A DNA stretch of 40,917 nt from Staphylococcus phage StB20. The translations under genes and the position numbers were made by a program. A model generated the notes under the pieces. That model was not told the DNA's origin and made no database searches. It was given only the letters and a program-made list of their open reading frames with translations. The stretch lies in the sequence record NC_019915.1, one strand, 5' to 3'. Positions 23,775 through 35,382 of this stretch are shown here, one piece after another; the stretch's first letter is position 1; each line of letters begins with the position of its first letter.

Positions 23775-26700
23775 GTGATGGCAGAAAGAATAAAAGGGTT
23801 GCAGATTGACCTATCTATGAAGGATATGGGCGTTCAACGTAGTATTTCGGAAATAAAACGTAGCTTTAAAGGATTAAACGCTGACTTAAAACTATCTAAC
23901 AACAACTTTAAGTATTCCGAAAAAAGTTTAAATTCATATAAGTTAAGAACTAGAGAATTATCGCAAGCAGTCAAAGAATCTAAAGCTAACGTTGCAGCGT
24001 TGAAAGCAAAATACCAAGAAGCATCAAGAGCATCTGGTGTGAATAGCAAAAAAGCTGCTCAATTAAGGCAGGAATATAGTCGACAAGCTGACAATCTTAA
24101 TTATTTACAAAACGAACTCGACCAAACACGAGGCAAATACAGAGAAATGATTGCAGTAAGTAAATCATCTGTCGGTAGACTTGGGCAAACATTTTCTGAA
24201 ATAGGACCTAAGATAAAATCCGTTGGAGACTCAATGAAGTCAGTCGGGCGTAGCATGAGTTTATACGTTACCGCACCAATTGCAGCAGGATTTGGCACTG
24301 CGATGAAGAAAAGTATAGACTTCGACGATACCATGCGTAAAGTAAAAGCCACATCTGGTGCTACTGGCGATGAATTTAACCAACTTAGAACAAAAGCACT
24401 TCAAATGGGTCGAGATACTAAATTCACTGCTTCGGAATCTGCTGAAGCGATGAATTATATGGCTTTAGCCGGCTGGGATACTAAAGATATGCTAAAAGGT
24501 GTTGGTGGTGTCATGGACTTAGCTGCCGCATCTGGTGAAGATTTAGCAAGCGTATCTGATATTGTAACCGACAACTTAACTGCATTTGGCATGAAAGCTA
24601 AAGATAGTACCCACTTTGCAGATGTTTTAGCTCAAACGAGTTCAAAAGCTAATACCGATGTACGTGGTTTAGGAGAGGCGTTTAAATATGCTGCTCCAGT
24701 TGCTGGTGCATTAGGTTACTCTGTCGAAGATACATCAATAGCTATTGGTTTGATGTCTAATGCTGGGATAAAAGGTGAAAAAGCCGGCACAGCATTAAGA
24801 ACAATGTTTACCAACCTTTCTAAACCAACAAAAGCAATGAAAGACGAAATGGATAAACTAGGAATATCTATTACTGATAGCAACGGTGAAATGTTACCTA
24901 TGAGAGATGTTTTAGATCAACTTAGAGGTAAAATGGGTGGTCTATCTAAAGACCAACAAGCAGCCGCAGCTAGTACAATATTTGGTAAAGAGGCCATGAG
25001 TGGTGCATTAGCAGTTATCAATGCATCAGACGAAGATTATAAAAAGCTAACTAAATCCATAGACGGCTCTAAGGGTGCTTCTAAAAGAATGGCTGATGAA
25101 ATGGAAGGTGGCATTGGTGGTGCAATGCGTAAGATGAAATCGGCAATTGAAAGTTTAGCGATTTCATTAGGTGATGCATTAGCACCAATGTTATATAAAG
25201 TTGCTACATGGGTTACTAAATTAGCAAATAAGTTTTCTAATTTACCTACTGGCGTTCAAAAAACGATAGCAGTTGTAGGATTACTCGCCGCAGCTATCGG
25301 TCCACTATTAATGGTATTTGGTGTTATGGCATCAACAATTGGCACTGCTATAACAGTATTAGGTTCTTTAATGACGAGTATGAGAACACTATCATTTTTA
25401 TCTAAAACCAGTGCAGCAGCGACTGGTATTTGGAATGGTGTTACTGCTACTGCTCGTGGTATCGCAAATGGTTATAGATATGCGGTAGCTGCATTAACCA
25501 CATCTCAAACAATACAGGCAATTAAATCTAAAAATTGCGGCTGCTGCAATGACGGTCTGGACTGGCGTAACTAAAGCGGCGGCATTGGCCACTAGAGGTT
25601 TAGGGTTAGCAATAAGATTTATGACTGGACCAATTGGAATTGTTATCACTGTGATTACTGCACTAGTAGGTGCTATCATTTACCTTTGGAAAACGAATAG
25701 CACATTCAGAAATGCTGTAATAACTGCATGGAATGCAATTAAAAACGCAGCAATATCTATCTTTGGATTTATCAAACCTTATATCATTAATATTTGGAAC
25801 GCAATTAAAAATTCCACAATTGCTATATGGAGTGGTATTAAAACAAGTGCTGTGACAATATGGAATGGCATTAAATTTGCCGTTCAACATCCTATACAAG
25901 CATTAAAAAACGTATTATCTGCTTTATGGAACGGAATGAAAGCTGCAGCTATTAAAATATGGACGTTACTTAAAAACGGCGTTTTAGCAATAATTAGAGC
26001 TTATGTAGCACAAGTTAGAACTAACTTTAACTTAGTAAAAAGAATTGTGTTGACTATATTCAACGCTATTAAGTCATTCTCCATAAGAGTTTGGAATGCG
26101 ATTAAAAATGGCATACTAAATATTGTTAGAATTTTAAGAAATGGTATCGATAAAATATTCAAAGGAATAAAAAATACCGTAACAACTATATTTAATGCTA
26201 TTAAGAATTTCTCTATTAAAGTTTGGAATACTATTAAAAATAGTGTTATAAACCGAGCTAAAGGACTTTGGAATGGTGTTCGCAACACATTCAATGCGCT
26301 TAAAAAAGGTACAACTGCGATATTCAATGCGGTTAAAAACTTTGCGTTAAAAGTGTGGACTAGCATTAAAAATAGTGTTATTTCAAGAGCTAAGGCATTG
26401 TGGTCTGGTGTAAGAAATACATGGAACAACCTTAAAAAAGGCACAACTAACATATTCAAGTCAGTTGGTAGTTTCATGAGTTCAAAATGGAATTCTATTA
26501 AATCCGGAACAGTAAATAAAGCTAAAGCGCTATGGTCTGGTGTTAAAGGTGCTTGGGGATCACTTAAAAAAGGTACTCATAACACCATGTCGGCTGTTGG
26601 TGGTTTCATGAGCAAAAAGTGGAATGGCATTAAAAATACTACTGTATCTATTGTAAATAACATAAAATCGAAAGTTATGGGCACCATGAATAAAATGAGT

Positions 26701-28670
26701 AGTGGCATTAAAACAGTTACCGGTAAAATTGGGAATCTTTTTGGCGGAATGGTCAAAGGTGTTAAAAAAGGCCTTAATGGATTAATCAAAGGCGTTAACT
26801 GGGTTGCTGATAAATTAGGTATGGAGAAAATTGACCCTATTAAACTTTCTACTGGTACACAATCTACACATACTCAACGTTATGTTACTAATGGTAAAAT
26901 TAACAAAGATACAATGGCAACAGTAGGAGATAAAGGTAGAGGAAACGGTCCTGGAGGATTTAGACATGAAACAGTTATTCCTCCTAAAGGGAAACCATTT
27001 ATTACCCCTGCTAAAGATACAACTATGCCACTACAAAAAGGCACACGTATTTTAAATGGTGCTCAAACACACGCAATGTTAAATAGACCACAATTTAATA
27101 CAGGAACTATTCCCAAATTCAGTATTGGTTCGATGTTAGGTAATCTCATAGGTGGAGGAAAAAAACCTAAAAAAGAAAAACATAGTAAAGCTAATGATTC
27201 AGATAGTTCATTAGGTAGTAAGTTGGGTAATATGTGGGGCGGCGTAAAGATGCAGCTGCTAAAGTCGGCGGAAAAGTTTTAGGTGGAGTCAATACTGCTG
27301 TACAAACTGGTAAGGGTATGGCTAAGATTGCAAGCAAAGCCATTGGAGATGTACTAGATTACATCGAAAAGCCAGGTAAATTAGTCAATAAAGTCTTCGA
27401 TATCTTCGGTATTAATATGGGTAGCTTCGGAATCCCTAAAGGTGCTGAATTACCTTTTAATATGATGAAAGGTATGTTTGGCAAACTTAAAAAAGGTGCT
27501 ATAGATAAAGTTAAAGATTGGCTTGAAGAAGCTGGCGGCGGCGATGGTGGATATATTAAATATTTAGACAACATCACAACGCCATATAGTCCGAACGGCC
27601 CACCTCCTGGATATGCATTCAGTTGGCCTCACCCTGGTATCGACTTACCTTACAAATATGAACCTGTTTATTCGACAATTAGCGGTACAGCACACACAAA
27701 AGAAATGCCAGGTGGTTTTGGACACTACATTTCTGTTATTCGCGGCGCACTTGAAGTAATTTATGGTCATTTAAGTAAGTGGCTTGTTAAAAATGGACAA
27801 AAAGTTCATCCTGGTACAAAACTTGGTATCTCTGGTAATACAGGAGCCAGCACAGGACCTCACTTACACTATGAAATGCATAGAAATGGTAAACCTATCG
27901 ACCCTGTTAAGTGGTTGAAATCACATAACGGCGGTGGCAAGTCTGGGGGTAGTCGTGCAGCAAGTGCATGGCGACCTGAAGTTGTTAAAGCGTTAAGAGC
28001 CAATCATCTGCCTACTTCCGGTGCTTATGTTAATGCTTGGATTAGACAAATAGATAGTGAGTCAAGTGGTAATGCTGGAGCACGCCAAGGCATACGTGAT
28101 ATAAATAGTGGCGGTAATGAAGCTCAAGGTTTAGTACAGGTTACGCCTTCTACATTCAGAGCATTTAAAATTCCTGGACATGGTAATATCCTTAATGGTT
28201 TAGACAACTTAATGGCTGGTATTCATTATGCTAAATCAAGATACGGTGGTAGTATGCTTAGTGTTATCGGCCACGGTCATGGTTATGCCACTGGCGGTCT
28301 TATTAACACTGCTGGATTATATAATTTGGCAGAAGATGGGTACCCTGAGATAGTGATACCTACAGATCCAAGCAGACAATCAGATGCGATGAAATTGTTA
28401 CATCTTGCTGCAAGTAAAATTAGTGGAAATAACAGAAATAAACGACCTAACCAATTACGTACACCTAATGTTACTAGTAATACAGTTGATAATGCAGAAT
28501 TACTACTACAAATGATAGAAAATCAACAGAAACAAATAAACGTGTTAATGGAAATAGCACGAAGTAATAAAACTATTGAAAAACAACCGAAAGGTTTTTC
28601 AGAACACGATGTAAGTCAGGCACAAGGTTCAAGGTTAAGACTCGCTGCTTATAGCCAGGGAGGTTTATAA
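23775..28670 (+). CDS. Tape measure protein, present as three overlapping ORFs in frames 0/+1/0 (23775..25574, 25549..27282, 27234..28670); the C-terminal part carries peptidase M23 and lytic transglycosylase (SLT)-like domains
   Basis: The N-terminus is coiled coil with a TM segment ([21 protein letters not shown]). The middle part holds tandem repeats. In the C-terminal part HYISVIRG...[19 protein letters not shown] matches M23 and [12 protein letters not shown]...[11 protein letters not shown] matches an SLT domain. The frame junctions fall at A5 25530..25534 and G4 27236..27239. Confidence 0.8.
26191..26586 (+). repeat. Three tandem copies of a roughly 132-bp (44-aa) repeat inside the tape measure gene (FNA[IV]KNF..KVW..IKNSVI.RAK.LW.GVRN....LKKGTT.I), with degenerate 11-aa W/F-x-x-I-K-N periodicity extending over about 25700..26700
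   Basis: Direct comparison of the 26191..26322, 26323..26454 and 26455..26586 translations. Confidence 0.7.
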
Positions 28671-28671
28671 A

Positions 28672-29505
28672 TTGGAAAATAAAAAAGTAAAAATATTTAA
28701 CGATCATTTCGAAGAAACACTAACGGATATTCCTCATCTTAAGTTTCTAGAATTTGAAGAAGAGGATTTAGATAGAAAGTCTAATCAGATTGAAGTTAAT
28801 GGTAGTGATGGCGTTTTACAAGGACCGATGAATTTCGGTCCTTTTAATTTGATACTGAGATTTGCATATAAAGGCATGGATTATAAAGAATATAGATTAG
28901 CAAAAGAAAAGTTACGTCAATTGATAAATAGGAGAGATCCTTATTTCGTATGGCATTCAGATATGCCAGGTAAAAAGTATGCAGTTATACCAGAGGGTGT
29001 CAGTAATGAAAACTTAACAAGTCAATTCGGACTTATTGAGGTGACTTATTCTGTCTACAAAGGATATGCAGAATCATTAAAAGATACTTCTGAATTTAGT
29101 TGGACTGATGAAAGTTGGCAATTTGAACAAGGTGTTATAGGAAGTGATGAAGTTAAATATAAACACAATATTCGTTACTTTAAAATATTTAACGGTTCTA
29201 AAGATACTATTAACCCTTTATTAAGACACAAATTAAATATTAATTGCACACTTACAGCACCTTATGGATTTGAAATTGTTAATCTAACTACAAATGATAT
29301 ATTTGAATATAAAAAACCGCTCAAAAAGCGTAATACGGTTTCTATTATAGGAGTGCATCCTTATATTAATAATAAAAGAGTTGGTAAAGACACAAATTAT
29401 GATTTTATTACTTTAGCGCCGGGTTGGAATGAAATTTTAATTAGAGGTCACAATATATCCAATAGTCCTAAAACAGAATTTATATTTAATTACATCTATA
29501 GGTAG
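28672..29505 (+). CDS. Distal tail protein (Dit)
   Basis: 277 aa. TTG start after RBS GGGAGG. It follows directly after the tape measure gene. Confidence 0.7.
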   Translation: MENKKVKIFNDHFEETLTDIPHLKFLEFEEEDLDRKSNQIEVNGSDGVLQGPMNFGPFNLILRFAYKGMDYKEYRLAKEKLRQLINRRDPYFVWHSDMPGKKYAVIPEGVSNENLTSQFGLIEVTYSVYKGYAESLKDTSEFSWTDESWQFEQGVIGSDEVKYKHNIRYFKIFNGSKDTINPLLRHKLNINCTLTAPYGFEIVNLTTNDIFEYKKPLKKRNTVSIIGVHPYINNKRVGKDTNYDFITLAPGWNEILIRGHNISNSPKTEFIFNYIYR

Positions 29506-31074
29506 GTGAGAATATTGGAAAATCTAATATTTATGAATAGAGAAGGGACATTTTCGGAAATTGTTAATGACTTTGACTTTGGTTCCTTTAAATATGAATA
29601 TGAACAAAATAATGAGCGATCCATATCTCTCACTGCTTATAAAACTAATGTTAACGCGGATATATTTGATAGTTTGATTAATGAAAATTATTTAGTTTGG
29701 AAGGGCCAGAAATATGTCATTAAATCGACTGAGCTTAAGTATGAAGAAGGTGTAATACTTAATGAAATTGAGGCTAAGCATATTTCTATGGAATTTCAAA
29801 ATCATTATGTACCTAAAGATTTAGATGATGAGTCACTGAATGATGAAGATGAGACTGAAGCAAAAATCTCCATGAAAGTTAGAGAGTACCTTGATTTTGC
29901 ATTCAAAAATAATAAACTTAATTTCGATTATAAGTTACATGGAAAATTTAATGAAAGTAAATATATTGAACAGTTAGGAGATAAAAATGGTTTAGAACAT
30001 CTTATTGAAGGTGCTGAGCATTTTGGCTATATATTTTTTGCTGATAATAAAACTTTCCATATCTATACACCTGATAATTTTTATAAAAAATCAGATGAAA
30101 TATTAGTTTATAAATATAATAATAGTTCGGTTTCGGCTAAAACAATCACAACTGAATTACGCACCTACATTCAAGGATATGGAAAGAAAAAGTCAAAATC
30201 CGAAACGAAAAACTATAAACCTATAAAACCTAAAGACTTCTCATACTCTGGAAATTTTAATAAAGAAGGGACTTGGTCTACTGAACATATAGGAGATTCG
30301 TTTTATAAGACATTTGATTGTAAGTGGGGGAATGAAACCTTAACTTGGAATCTAAAAAAAGGACCTAAAGGTGGAATAATCGAAGTATTTATTGATGATA
30401 AGTCGAAAGGGACTTTTGATTGTTACAGCACTCATGCTTCGACGCAAAAAGTGATTTTAGCTAAAGGATTATCAAAAGGTAAACATTCTTTTAGAGGAGT
30501 TTTTAAATCGAAAAAACCTGGTATTGATTATAAGAAGTCTAATCCAATCATGTATGTTGGTACGAGTAAAAGTAGTGTTTTAAATCTAACTGCAGTTCTT
30601 AAAGGTAAAGATATTTATCATGTATATGCTGAATATAAGTCGCCATATTATAAGCAATATGGTAAATCAGAAGCCCCAACAATATATGATGATAATATTA
30701 CAAGTCAATCAGAGTTAAAGAAGAAATTAAAAGAAACACTTGATGATATTCCAACAATCGAAGTAGCAACGAATTATTTAGGATTAGAAAGTATTCATGA
30801 AAATAATACTATTCGATTTATACACAAACCTATCGGATTTAATACTGATTTAAAAGTTGTCAAACTTACTGAATATCATCCACTTGTTTCGCAGCCTATT
30901 GAAGTGGAATTCAGTAATGCTCAGAAAGATATTATAAAAATGCAATCACAGTTCAATCGTAGGTTAAGAAAGGTTAATAATCTTATGAAAAAAGGATTCA
31001 AAACTAGTGACTATTCTTTAAATGTGTTAGAGGAATATAACGAAACAGTAGGAAGTGTATTGATTGATGAGTAA
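29506..31074 (+). CDS. Tail-associated protein (Tal; prophage tail endopeptidase-family N-terminal domain)
   Basis: 522 aa. Start ambiguous (GTG 29506, TTG 29515 or ATG 29533). Position and size are typical of siphovirus Tal proteins. Confidence 0.7.
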   Translation: MRILENLIFMNREGTFSEIVNDFDFGSFKYEYEQNNERSISLTAYKTNVNADIFDSLINENYLVWKGQKYVIKSTELKYEEGVILNEIEAKHISMEFQNHYVPKDLDDESLNDEDETEAKISMKVREYLDFAFKNNKLNFDYKLHGKFNESKYIEQLGDKNGLEHLIEGAEHFGYIFFADNKTFHIYTPDNFYKKSDEILVYKYNNSSVSAKTITTELRTYIQGYGKKKSKSETKNYKPIKPKDFSYSGNFNKEGTWSTEHIGDSFYKTFDCKWGNETLTWNLKKGPKGGIIEVFIDDKSKGTFDCYSTHASTQKVILAKGLSKGKHSFRGVFKSKKPGIDYKKSNPIMYVGTSKSSVLNLTAVLKGKDIYHVYAEYKSPYYKQYGKSEAPTIYDDNITSQSELKKKLKETLDDIPTIEVATNYLGLESIHENNTIRFIHKPIGFNTDLKVVKLTEYHPLVSQPIEVEFSNAQKDIIKMQSQFNRRLRKVNNLMKKGFKTSDYSLNVLEEYNETVGSVLIDE

Positions 31075-31240
31075 AGAAGTATCGATAAGATATCTACAAG
31101 ATATAGATGGAGAAGAATATTTTCCAGTCACGCACATAGAGGCAGTCATCGGTTTAGGTGTTTACTTAGACAAAATAGAAAATTTGGAAAAAGAAAATGA
31201 AGAACTTAAAAAGAGAATATCTCATTTAGAGAAGGAATAA
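31068..31240 (+). CDS. Small coiled-coil protein (57 aa)
   Basis: The ATG overlaps the Tal stop. ...LEKENEELKKRISHLEKE is a leucine-zipper-like C-terminus. Confidence 0.45.
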
Positions 31241-31255
31241 AAGGAGGTTCATAAA

Positions 31256-33118
31256 ATGTTATTAACTTTAGATTTTCCTATTCAAATAGGACACACATTT
31301 AGAACCAAGATGATAAATAATTTTAGAACAATACTTAATTATTATAATGAATTAGATCATCAGCATCGCGCACACACAGAAACTAAGCATCATGCACATC
31401 AAGCCATTCAGGTTGATTATAGAAATACAAACGTTTCTGCATTTTTAGATTATCTTAACGGTAATATTAATGGGCTTGTTTTAGGAGCAAATGGAGACGG
31501 TATAGCTGAAACAAAACAAGCCAGAGTATCAATAGATGGTACCGTACATCCCTTGTTGCAAGAAAGACTGCTTCATGACTTTTTAGGAATTAACAGAAAA
31601 TTAGATAAAGAAATACATTCTAATGGTGCAGTGGATTTTATTTGGAATCCTCCATATATATCAGGAAATAGATTAGGAGAAAATGGGACACCAAATAATT
31701 GGGAACCAGAAGCCCATATTGAAGCATTTTTAAACCCTTTAGTTGATAATCAATACGTTACAAAAGAAGTTATAGGAGAAGATACATCAGGAAAATATAA
31801 TGTGTACAAATTCACGTTTGAACCACAAAATTACAATAAAACGTTACTTATTACTTCATGTATACACGGTAATGAAACTACTGGATTTTTTGATATGTGC
31901 CATATACTCAATCTATTGGTCAATCAGTGGGAAAAGTATCCTCAACTAACTTACTTAAGAAAAAATGTACGTTTAATTTATGTTCCTATGGTTAACCCGT
32001 GGGGATTCGCAAATCAAGAAAGAGAGAATGTGAACAATGTAGATTTAAACAGAAATTTTGATTATAACTGGAAGGCAGGTAAAGGGACAGATCCTGATAA
32101 ATCTAACTTCAAAGGTAAAAGTCCTTTTTCTGAAAAGGAATCACAAAATATGCGCAGCTTAGTTCAACGTATAGATAACTTGACTGCTCATTTAGATTTG
32201 CATGATATTATTTCTGTAAATAATGATTACTGTTTATTTTATCCTCGTTGGGCCAATCAAAAAAACAATAATATGACTCATCTCATTAACAATTTAAAAA
32301 GTAACGGGGATCTCGTTGTTTGGGGTTCCAGTACATTATCGTCTTTTAGTAATTGGGTAGGTATCCGAAATAAAACAACGTCATATCTTTCAGAAATAAA
32401 TGAAAAACGTGTCGGTGAAAAGAAAAGTCCTGAAGAAATGAGACGTTCAGTACGCTGGGTAGGTAATGTAATTTTCAGAATGGCACAATTTGAATCTTAT
32501 CAAAATGGTCAAACATCATTAGATCCTTTCATTAAAGTGATGGTATATGATGATAGATTTAACAATAAAACATCTGAAGTCATTACCCTACGTGCAGAAA
32601 GGAATGAATGGCAACGTATAATGATGAGTCAGCAGCGTTTCAAAGTTTTAGCAAATGGATTTGTAGAGCTCTATGGATATGTGACTATAAACGTTGATAG
32701 AGATGTTACAGTGGGGATTAGTCCTAATATTGTTCAAAATTATCATCCATTCTTTGGGTTTGGTAAAAGTAGAAAACGTAATCTATTTTCAATTGAACAT
32801 AGACTAAACAAAGGAAATACGACCTTCCCTATATATGCTGCTGCTGGTGTTCAAATGTCGACGATCACTGAACCAGGTACTAAACGTACTGATACAGTAA
32901 TGCCGGTACTAGATGTTAAGAAAAAAGGTGCTGGTATTGTAACAATCAAACAAATTAAATTATTTGCGAAGTTCACTCCTACGCATTCTGCTAATTCCAT
33001 TCAGATATTAAAATCTGGAGAATACGGTAATCTTAAAGAAGATACGTTCACACAAATTTACCCTAATACTATATACGATGATGATTTAAGAAACGTTATA
33101 AATGGAGAGGATAAATAA
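31256..33118 (+). CDS. Tail tip / receptor-binding structural protein containing a zinc carboxypeptidase (peptidase M14-like) domain
   Basis: 620 aa. M14 hallmarks are present: zinc-ligand HxxE (CIHGNETTG), NPWG...R...NVDLNRNFDYNW (Asn-Arg substrate-binding motif) and a later HLDLHD histidine. RBS AAAGGAGGTTCATAAAATG. Confidence 0.65.
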   Translation: MLLTLDFPIQIGHTFRTKMINNFRTILNYYNELDHQHRAHTETKHHAHQAIQVDYRNTNVSAFLDYLNGNINGLVLGANGDGIAETKQARVSIDGTVHPLLQERLLHDFLGINRKLDKEIHSNGAVDFIWNPPYISGNRLGENGTPNNWEPEAHIEAFLNPLVDNQYVTKEVIGEDTSGKYNVYKFTFEPQNYNKTLLITSCIHGNETTGFFDMCHILNLLVNQWEKYPQLTYLRKNVRLIYVPMVNPWGFANQERENVNNVDLNRNFDYNWKAGKGTDPDKSNFKGKSPFSEKESQNMRSLVQRIDNLTAHLDLHDIISVNNDYCLFYPRWANQKNNNMTHLINNLKSNGDLVVWGSSTLSSFSNWVGIRNKTTSYLSEINEKRVGEKKSPEEMRRSVRWVGNVIFRMAQFESYQNGQTSLDPFIKVMVYDDRFNNKTSEVITLRAERNEWQRIMMSQQRFKVLANGFVELYGYVTINVDRDVTVGISPNIVQNYHPFFGFGKSRKRNLFSIEHRLNKGNTTFPIYAAAGVQMSTITEPGTKRTDTVMPVLDVKKKGAGIVTIKQIKLFAKFTPTHSANSIQILKSGEYGNLKEDTFTQIYPNTIYDDDLRNVINGEDK

Positions 33119-34332
33119 TGGAATTAAAAAAGATTGGTAAAATTGAAGTTAAAAACGAGCCTTACTTAAAACCGATATCTGATGAAGGTATCGGTTTTTA
33201 TAATTTAGATGATAAAACTGCTGTTTTAAGGTTTTATGTGACTAAAAACAAAAAGCCTTTATTAATTAGTGAAGAAAACACTGAAACGTACATATATCTT
33301 GAGTCCTCTAACGATTCTAATCAAGTAGTAGAAAATGTACGTTTTATTGACCCTTTAAATGGTGTTATTGAAGTAACTATACCTATTGAATTCTTACAAG
33401 CTTCAACGAATACAACTGTTATAGGTCAAATATATATTTCGATTAACCATCAAAATCAGGTAGATAGCGATAAATCATCAACTGCAGTTTTAACTGAATT
33501 TGAATTCGAAGTAGGTGACGCAATAATAAATAAAATTAATGGTGCAACTAAAATTAAATATATCCGTATGTTTGATGAATTAAAAAGACAAATTAATGCA
33601 CGAGCCACTGAAATACAAGAACAATTAGATAATTTAGAAGATTACGTTGTTAAAGTTAAAGATGCAAGTGATGAAGGAATTACAAAGATTCAAAATGAAA
33701 CAAAAAAAGGATTGGACAAACTTAATCAACAACATAGTAAAAGTGTCAAAGACGTCGAGGAATCTCTTAACGCGGCTAAAAATACAATTCAAAATCTTTA
33801 TGAAGAATATGACAACGAAATTGACACAAAAGGAAGTCAATATTTAAAAGATTTAAGAATCGAAATTAGGAATATTGAAAATGTGTTAAGTCAAGAGGGA
33901 TACGTCACAATTGATGAACATCGTAAAATTATTACTGAAATACAAGAAAAGTTGCCTGAATCTTCAGATTGGATTGAATATGATTTAATTAATGGAGCTA
34001 TAAAAAATAGGCATTATAAAGCTGAAGGACAAAATGGTTTTAATTGCGCTTATAAAATCATTCAACATCAAGACTACAAGGAAGTGATTTTAAGAATTAA
34101 CGCTGACAACTTTAAAAGTGGAACTGTTATAGCGAAGTTACCTAGCGAACTAATTACAAGTACGCAAACTGCGTTCCTAAGAACGGTTCCTGTTAAAGCT
34201 TGTGGTGCTCAATTAACTATTGAACCTAATGGAGATGTTAAAGTTTATATTTCTCAGAGCGATCAGTGGTCAGTAAGCCGTGAAGCTTATATTTACGGAG
34301 AAATTAGAATGATAAACAAAGGAGGTGATTAA
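33118..34332 (+). CDS. Tail fibre / minor structural protein with a central coiled coil
   Basis: 404 aa. ATGA-coupled. A long heptad-like region (33540..33900). Confidence 0.6.
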   Translation: MELKKIGKIEVKNEPYLKPISDEGIGFYNLDDKTAVLRFYVTKNKKPLLISEENTETYIYLESSNDSNQVVENVRFIDPLNGVIEVTIPIEFLQASTNTTVIGQIYISINHQNQVDSDKSSTAVLTEFEFEVGDAIINKINGATKIKYIRMFDELKRQINARATEIQEQLDNLEDYVVKVKDASDEGITKIQNETKKGLDKLNQQHSKSVKDVEESLNAAKNTIQNLYEEYDNEIDTKGSQYLKDLRIEIRNIENVLSQEGYVTIDEHRKIITEIQEKLPESSDWIEYDLINGAIKNRHYKAEGQNGFNCAYKIIQHQDYKEVILRINADNFKSGTVIAKLPSELITSTQTAFLRTVPVKACGAQLTIEPNGDVKVYISQSDQWSVSREAYIYGEIRMINKGGD

Positions 34333-34336
34333 AGTG

Positions 34337-34960
34337 ATGGATACTTATAAATCTATGACTGAACTTGTGAGGAATGAAAAAGATTGGATGATTGAGACAC
34401 AAGATAGAAATAGTAAATCACTTATAACTGCTATACACGGAGGCGGTATAGAGTGCGGTACTTCTGAATTAGCTTTATTGGTTGCAGAATTATCGAATTC
34501 AAACTATTTCACTTTTAAAGGTTTAAAACCGAAAAACAATAGAACTCTACACGTCACTTCAACAAATTATGATAACCCCAATTTATTATATTGGAATCAA
34601 TTTATGAATGTAACGATAGCCATACATGGTTATTCAAGCAGTAAAGCGAACAGTTATATTGGTGGACTAGATGAAAGACTTATATCTCTTATTACTCACA
34701 ATTTAAAAGTTTCAGGTTTTAATGTGGAAGCTGCTCCTGACAGAATTGCGGGCAGAGAAATTAATAATATAACCAACAAAAATGCCTATGGCATGGGTGT
34801 ACAGATTGAAATATCGACTCAACAAAGAAAAGAATTTTTTAGTCGAAACGATTTTAGTCGAAAGAATAGAGAAAATACACATAATTGGACAGAAGATATG
34901 TATTATTATGCTAATGCTATTTGTGCTGCACTTAATGATAGAAAGTGGGTAGAAACATGA
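34337..34960 (+). CDS. Poly-gamma-glutamate hydrolase (PghP)-like zinc peptidase-fold protein
   Basis: About 207 aa from ATG 34337 (RBS GGAGGTGA). AIHGGGIECGTSELA plus VTIAIHGY reproduce the H-x4-E ... H zinc-ligand arrangement of the PghP family. Confidence 0.6.
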   Translation: MDTYKSMTELVRNEKDWMIETQDRNSKSLITAIHGGGIECGTSELALLVAELSNSNYFTFKGLKPKNNRTLHVTSTNYDNPNLLYWNQFMNVTIAIHGYSSSKANSYIGGLDERLISLITHNLKVSGFNVEAAPDRIAGREINNITNKNAYGMGVQIEISTQQRKEFFSRNDFSRKNRENTHNWTEDMYYYANAICAALNDRKWVET

Positions 34961-35382
34961 AGAAAACACACCGTATGACTGAAATGGAATATATTAATGT
35001 TATTTCTTTATTATTTATTGGAACAATAGGTATGGCTCGAGGTTCTTTTTTTATATTTGCTTCTGAAATTCAAGTCGATAAAAGTCCATTGTATAGCAGT
35101 ATTAATGAAATAATACCCTTAAGTATTTGGGGTATTCCATTCTTTATAGGAGGTTTATGTTTAGCTATTGCAGCTATGGCTTTACCTTATAGAAATATTA
35201 ACAAAGTCTATAGTATCACTCTTATTTTAGGAGGGATTATTTGTTCTGTGTTTTTCTTTGTCATTACGTTAGCTGGTATTAGTGATTCCTTAAATTGGAT
35301 GTCACCTCTTATTTACTTTTTAACTACTTTAACGTGTGGTGGTTATGCTTACTTTGGAGTGTTGCATTATGCCAAACAATGA
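34957..35382 (+). CDS. Integral membrane protein (about 141 aa, four predicted TM helices)
   Basis: ATGA overlap with the upstream stop. Highly hydrophobic. Confidence 0.55.
   Translation: MKKTHRMTEMEYINVISLLFIGTIGMARGSFFIFASEIQVDKSPLYSSINEIIPLSIWGIPFFIGGLCLAIAAMALPYRNINKVYSITLILGGIICSVFFFVITLAGISDSLNWMSPLIYFLTTLTCGGYAYFGVLHYAKQ

Noticed and set aside
26001-26477. 158-aa minus-strand ORF (and 26577..26789) antisense to the tape measure gene
   Set aside because: It is generated by the periodic repeat structure of the tape measure gene. It has no RBS and is hydrophobic low-complexity.
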